Shown: one piece after another, positions 60,201 through 64,000 of the stretch
How positions within the stretch are numbered: position 1 is the first letter of the stretch
How the letters are laid out: each line of letters starts with the position of its first letter
Assembly (NCBI RefSeq): GCF_023055435.1
Contig: NW_025963902.1
Coordinates: 2,667,815-2,731,814 of the forward strand
Direction of reading: 5' to 3'
From: Haliotis rufescens
Lineage: Eukaryota
DNA: 64,000 nucleotides
Translations under genes and position numbers: made by a program
The notes under the pieces: model-generated
The model's input: the letters and a program-made list of their open reading frames with translations, nothing else
Database searches by the model: none
Told to the model about the DNA's origin: nothing

Positions 60201-60547
60201 CACTTTTAACACTCTCTCTATACAACATATACTATGTATTCAATGAGGATGAAGATAGTAACATGCTTTAATGAGTGAGTGAGTTACACGTCACATCGGC
60301 ATTATTTCAGCCATACACCGACCAATAAGTGATGTAGCCACTTCAACATAATTAATGTATATAAATGTACAATTAATCTGGACAGATGTTTCAGAGTGGA
60401 TATAGATTTAGGTGATAATGTTTCACGTAATTTACACGTTTGGACAGATATAACAATTCTTTGAGATATAAACAGCCATACCCACAGCAGTCTGTATATA
60501 GTTGTGTCTGTGACAGGCAAGCTAAACACGCCGTCACGAAGACATGC

Positions 60548-60655
60548 TCATTATATTAATCACTGGATTGTCTGGTCCAGACTCGATTATTTACAGACCG
60601 CCGTCATATAGCTGGAATATTGCTGAGTGCGGCGTTAAACAACAAACCAAAAAAA
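60548..60655 (+). mobile_element. SINE family C, 3' half
   Basis: atcactggattgtctggtccagactcgattatttacagaccgccgtcatatagctggaatattgctgagtgcggcgttaaacaac. Confidence 0.45.
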
Positions 60656-60668
60656 TCCTTCAGTATAC

Positions 60669-62690
60669 GACCGCCTCCGTGGTCTAGTGGTAGAGCATCC
60701 GCCCAGAGAGCGGCAGGTCCGGCGTTCAATCCCCGACCGCGACATACCAAACAACGTTAAAAAATGGTACTTGTTGTTACCCTGTCTGGCCCTCGGCATT
60801 AAGGGGCTAAAACAACGACTGGTCGGTCAGTAAACTGTGTCTGAGTGGAGTATTCATGTTAAACTGCGGCATGGTATCTAGAGGTGTAACGATACGGGAG
60901 GGTCGCGATACGATACGTATCCCGATACAGGGGTCGCGATACGATACGTATCACGATACAGTGTTTACTGGTACAAGCTAAGCCAAGTTGCTGTCTTTCT
61001 GCTATCTAAAATATGTGACAAGTACAGTTGAAGAAGATATAAGGTGTTTATTTACTGTTATAGTAAATTGTCAGCAATACAGTATGTTTTACTGAAACAA
61101 CAAACTGGCTTTGAAACTGTTAAAGTATTTCATGGGCGCACACACACCCCACCCCCACCCACCCCAACACACACACACCTTTCTATTTAGAAAAAAATCT
61201 TTATTTCTGTATAAATTACCACCAAAGACAATAATAAATAGATCTTAATTGTGCACCCCCCCTTTTCAAAAAAGCTGTATCCGCCCATGTATTTCATCTA
61301 TTTTCTTGAGTATAGTGCGCACCGATGTATAATGCGCACGCCCCTCTAGCGGGTTCAATATTTTGGAAAAAAAGAAATATGAATATTATGCGCAGAAAAA
61401 AATTACACCGTACCCCTTCAGCGAAGTCCGGCAAACGAACGGGTGATGAGAAACTTCGTTAGTACAAATTCGAAATTTGAGATAAAAAATCACCAGACAT
61501 GTTGATTTACCGTTTAAATTGTATTTTTTGTTCAGCTAGGCATTGTTTTATATCCAGGGATTAAGATTACCTTGTGTATTTTCTCGTAAACTAAGCCGGA
61601 CACAGCAATCAGCTGTACATGTACACACGTTTTCTTGGAATCTACCGGTGATTCGGGCAAGACACACCCAATGATATAACTTTACAGTATTTTAATGCAA
61701 GGATCGGCAAAAGTTGTATCTAAAACTATTTTTTTATCAGGAATAATATATTCCAATATATTGTTAATTTAGATGCAGCTTTTACTAAACATATTTAAAA
61801 TAATAATAACCCTAAGCGAAGCAGCTGATCGCTATTGCCGGGTATTATTTTTTACATGGAACCAGTCTGACCAGACACCGTTAAGGCTCCCGTGCACGTG
61901 ATCGCGTGATCGCGAGAATTATGTGTTGACATATAATCGTCCAACAAAAACAAATCTGACTTTTAACGAATCAAAGTATGGCATTTATGATATATGTATC
62001 CATTCTCTGTCAACTAAAATTCCTTTCAAGGCGTCAATAGCGGTAATCTGACCGGGGGTTGCTGTTAATAACGGTGAGTTGTGCGATCTTCCGATCGCTT
62101 CACACACGATTTCGCCGAAATTAATTATAACAATATTAAAAGGAATTTTGAATAAAATTAATGAAATAAGTTACAAACATGAGTCCAGATATTCAAAGAA
62201 CACTTTTTTTATAGCCAGACAGTGTAATTACATGAATAATTTGCGAACTTCAGTATGGATTTGTTGACATGGTATTTCCGGGGTTACGTGCTCACGGTAA
62301 TGTCTTTCCATGGGGGAAAAACATCAAAACTCATTAATTCGTGTACAATGAGCAACCCCTTCTACACAGCTGTGTTTTTTAGGAAAAAAGTGCGCACTAT
62401 ACTCAAGAAAATACGGTAGGTATAACTGCTGTTATGAAAATACATGCGATATATGCTTTCCAAATCGATGCATCGTATCGTGGGCTGTGCATCGGGATAC
62501 AATACTGTATCGCCGTATCGTTACACCACTAATGGTATCTCAGTGAGCTAGCACTATAAATCGACATCAGCTCGGACTAGTACAAGCAGCCACACACACG
62601 TGCATGCATGTCGCTATATAATTGCAATAATCTTGGACACGTCGTTAAACCCCATTTCACCACACCTCATCTCCTTCAGTATACTCTGCA
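60669..62690 (+). mobile_element. SINE family D copy disrupted by the hAT copy 2 insertion
   Basis: The two SINE halves join exactly across the hAT element plus its 8-bp TSD. Lies in gene 3 intron 1. Confidence 0.6.
60879..62531 (-). mobile_element. Nonautonomous hAT-like DNA transposon, copy 2 (1653 bp), inserted into a SINE D copy
   Basis: Same TIRs in inverse orientation. Perfect 8-bp TSD atggtatc. Internal sequence is near-identical to copy 1: track ORFs 34728..34916(-) and 62079..62267(+) translate identically. It splits the SINE D at 60669..62690. Confidence 0.7.
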
Positions 62691-62713
62691 TTATCTTGCA
62701 CGCTAAGACTTAC

Positions 62714-62786
62714 CAGTCCCGCCCACTGTGTACAGCCATTTGCCACCAGACACACGAATACCGCGAGGCAGGGAACGTAACTCATG
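62714..62786 (-). CDS. Gene 3 (paralogue of gene 2) exon 1: signal peptide
   Basis: Minus-strand ATG then MSYVPCLAVFVCLVANGCTQWAGL, then donor ctg|gtaagt. 24 codons, phase 0, the same length as gene 2 exon 1. Confidence 0.45.
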
Positions 62787-63399
62787 ATGTCAAAGCGTTT
62801 TTCCAACCGGTAGATAAACTCAGAACTTCTCAAGTGGTTGTCGATGACAACTGATGTGACACAACATGGACTGCTCTTTTATAGTGTTTAAATGCGTCAC
62901 TGATTTAATCCTTGCCATGAATGTCATTGGAAATGTGACAGACAAGAGCAACTAAAACCACAAGAATTTCATTTGAAATAATTCCTATGTTTTATTTTTT
63001 AACGACAACTGGTCTATATTTTGACCTACAGGACATAGCACGGCTCATAGATTCAGCGTAGGTTGGTGAACAAACTTATGCTAAACATAACGGAACCCTA
63101 AATCTTGCTGACAAATGATGTGTGCCAGATGTTTGCACACGTGACCGGGATGTTGAATACATAAATAAACGTATTTCATAAGATTCACTTGGAAACATCA
63201 GTAACATAAAGTAATACATGATTCATCTCATGCAACTTATGAAACGTATATATTTTCAAACTTTTGGCAGCTTGATAACATTAATATAAATTTCAGTAAT
63301 TGATGACATAATACACCATATGTATAACAATTCAAACAGATCAGTAATTACGAACAACTTTATACGATCTAGCGGCCCAGGCGTTTATAAAAATACACA

Positions 63400-63520
63400 G
63401 TTCGATGCTCAGAGTTGCGTCCCTTGGGCATGCAAGAAACCTATGATCATGAGTTCGATTCCCGGTCGCGCTTGATTATGTTTCCAGGTTTGTCAGCACC
63501 GTATCGTGTGTCCGTCAGTC
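63400..63520 (+). mobile_element. SINE B head fragment
   Basis: cagagttgcgtcccttgggcatgcaagaaacctatgatcatgagttcgattcccggtcgcgc. Confidence 0.4.
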
Positions 63521-64000
63521 AAGTCCTAAATCACCGACATTAGCAATGCAAATGAATACTGTTCAAAGAGGCGTTAATTCTTATTCACTAATTTACACGG
63601 AGACGTACTGATTCCATGGTCCCATATTTGCTGGATCAGACATTGTTACATTATTAATGAATGTACAATATCAATTAATATAAGATCATGTGGGCCAAAT
63701 GACTGTGCGGGTTGACCAGATTGTAGTCTGACATTAATCACATCAAACCAGGGAAGCTTTCAGTCGTTTTCACGCGAATTGGGATAAACACTCAACATGT
63801 CTTGCTGAAGTTAAACATTAAAATGAAAAAAGAAAAGAAAAAAGCTTCATGTATGAAGTGTTCAATTATAAGGAAGCCTAATGGTGCCCCTTTGTTGGCA
63901 TAATTTTATTTTTCCTAAATCTAAATTTAAACTTAAACTAAACTTCTATTATTTTCCCGAAATTTCGAGTTCTTTCTCGTGTCTTCGAGTTTTTCTCGTC

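Noticed and set aside
1-64000. Prokaryotic-style operon, defence-system or biosynthetic-cluster interpretation
   Set aside because: No ORF over 200 aa outside tandem repeats. Abundant SINEs, microsatellites, GT-AG introns and TATA/CCAAT promoter elements show this is a eukaryotic nuclear locus. The novel content here is the set of gene models and transposon structures listed above.

Overview
Eukaryotic (metazoan) nuclear DNA, AT-rich and densely packed with repeats: at least five tRNA-derived SINE families, Tc1/mariner relics, hAT-, Mutator-, foldback- and Stowaway-like DNA transposons, many minisatellites and microsatellites. The repeat content looks like a mollusc/lophotrochozoan genome, but that is a guess. 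It is not prokaryotic: there are no long ORFs, and genes are split into short, phase-compatible exons with GT-AG introns. The six-frame ORF track mostly reports read-through of periodic tandem repeats, and several entries show M at an alternative start codon (TTG/GTG). I could hand-assemble four protein-coding gene models from splice signals, open frames and intron-phase consistency. (1) A minus-strand, roughly 390-aa type-I membrane protein with a signal peptide, four thrombospondin type-1-like repeats interleaved with EGF-like Cys modules, a transmembrane helix and a cytoplasmic tail carrying a YxxPhi motif (about 11.2-19.2 kb). (2) A plus-strand gene for a small, heavily N-glycosylated secreted protein with an internal sequence repeat and a hydrophobic C-terminus (29.3-40.9 kb), with CCAAT and TATA boxes upstream. 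(3 and 4) Two convergent, inverted paralogues of an unrecognised secreted-protein family (plus strand 45.8-48.0 kb; minus strand 62.8-57.6 kb) with identical exon lengths and phases. The introns carry nested and chimeric mobile elements: two near-identical 1.65-kb nonautonomous hAT-like elements with perfect 8-bp TSDs, a 6-kb foldback-like element whose TIRs are built of 22-bp tandem subrepeats, and snap-back or chimeric SINE copies. Coordinates are hand-counted and may be off by 1-2 nt. No rRNA gene, bona fide tRNA gene or CRISPR array is present.
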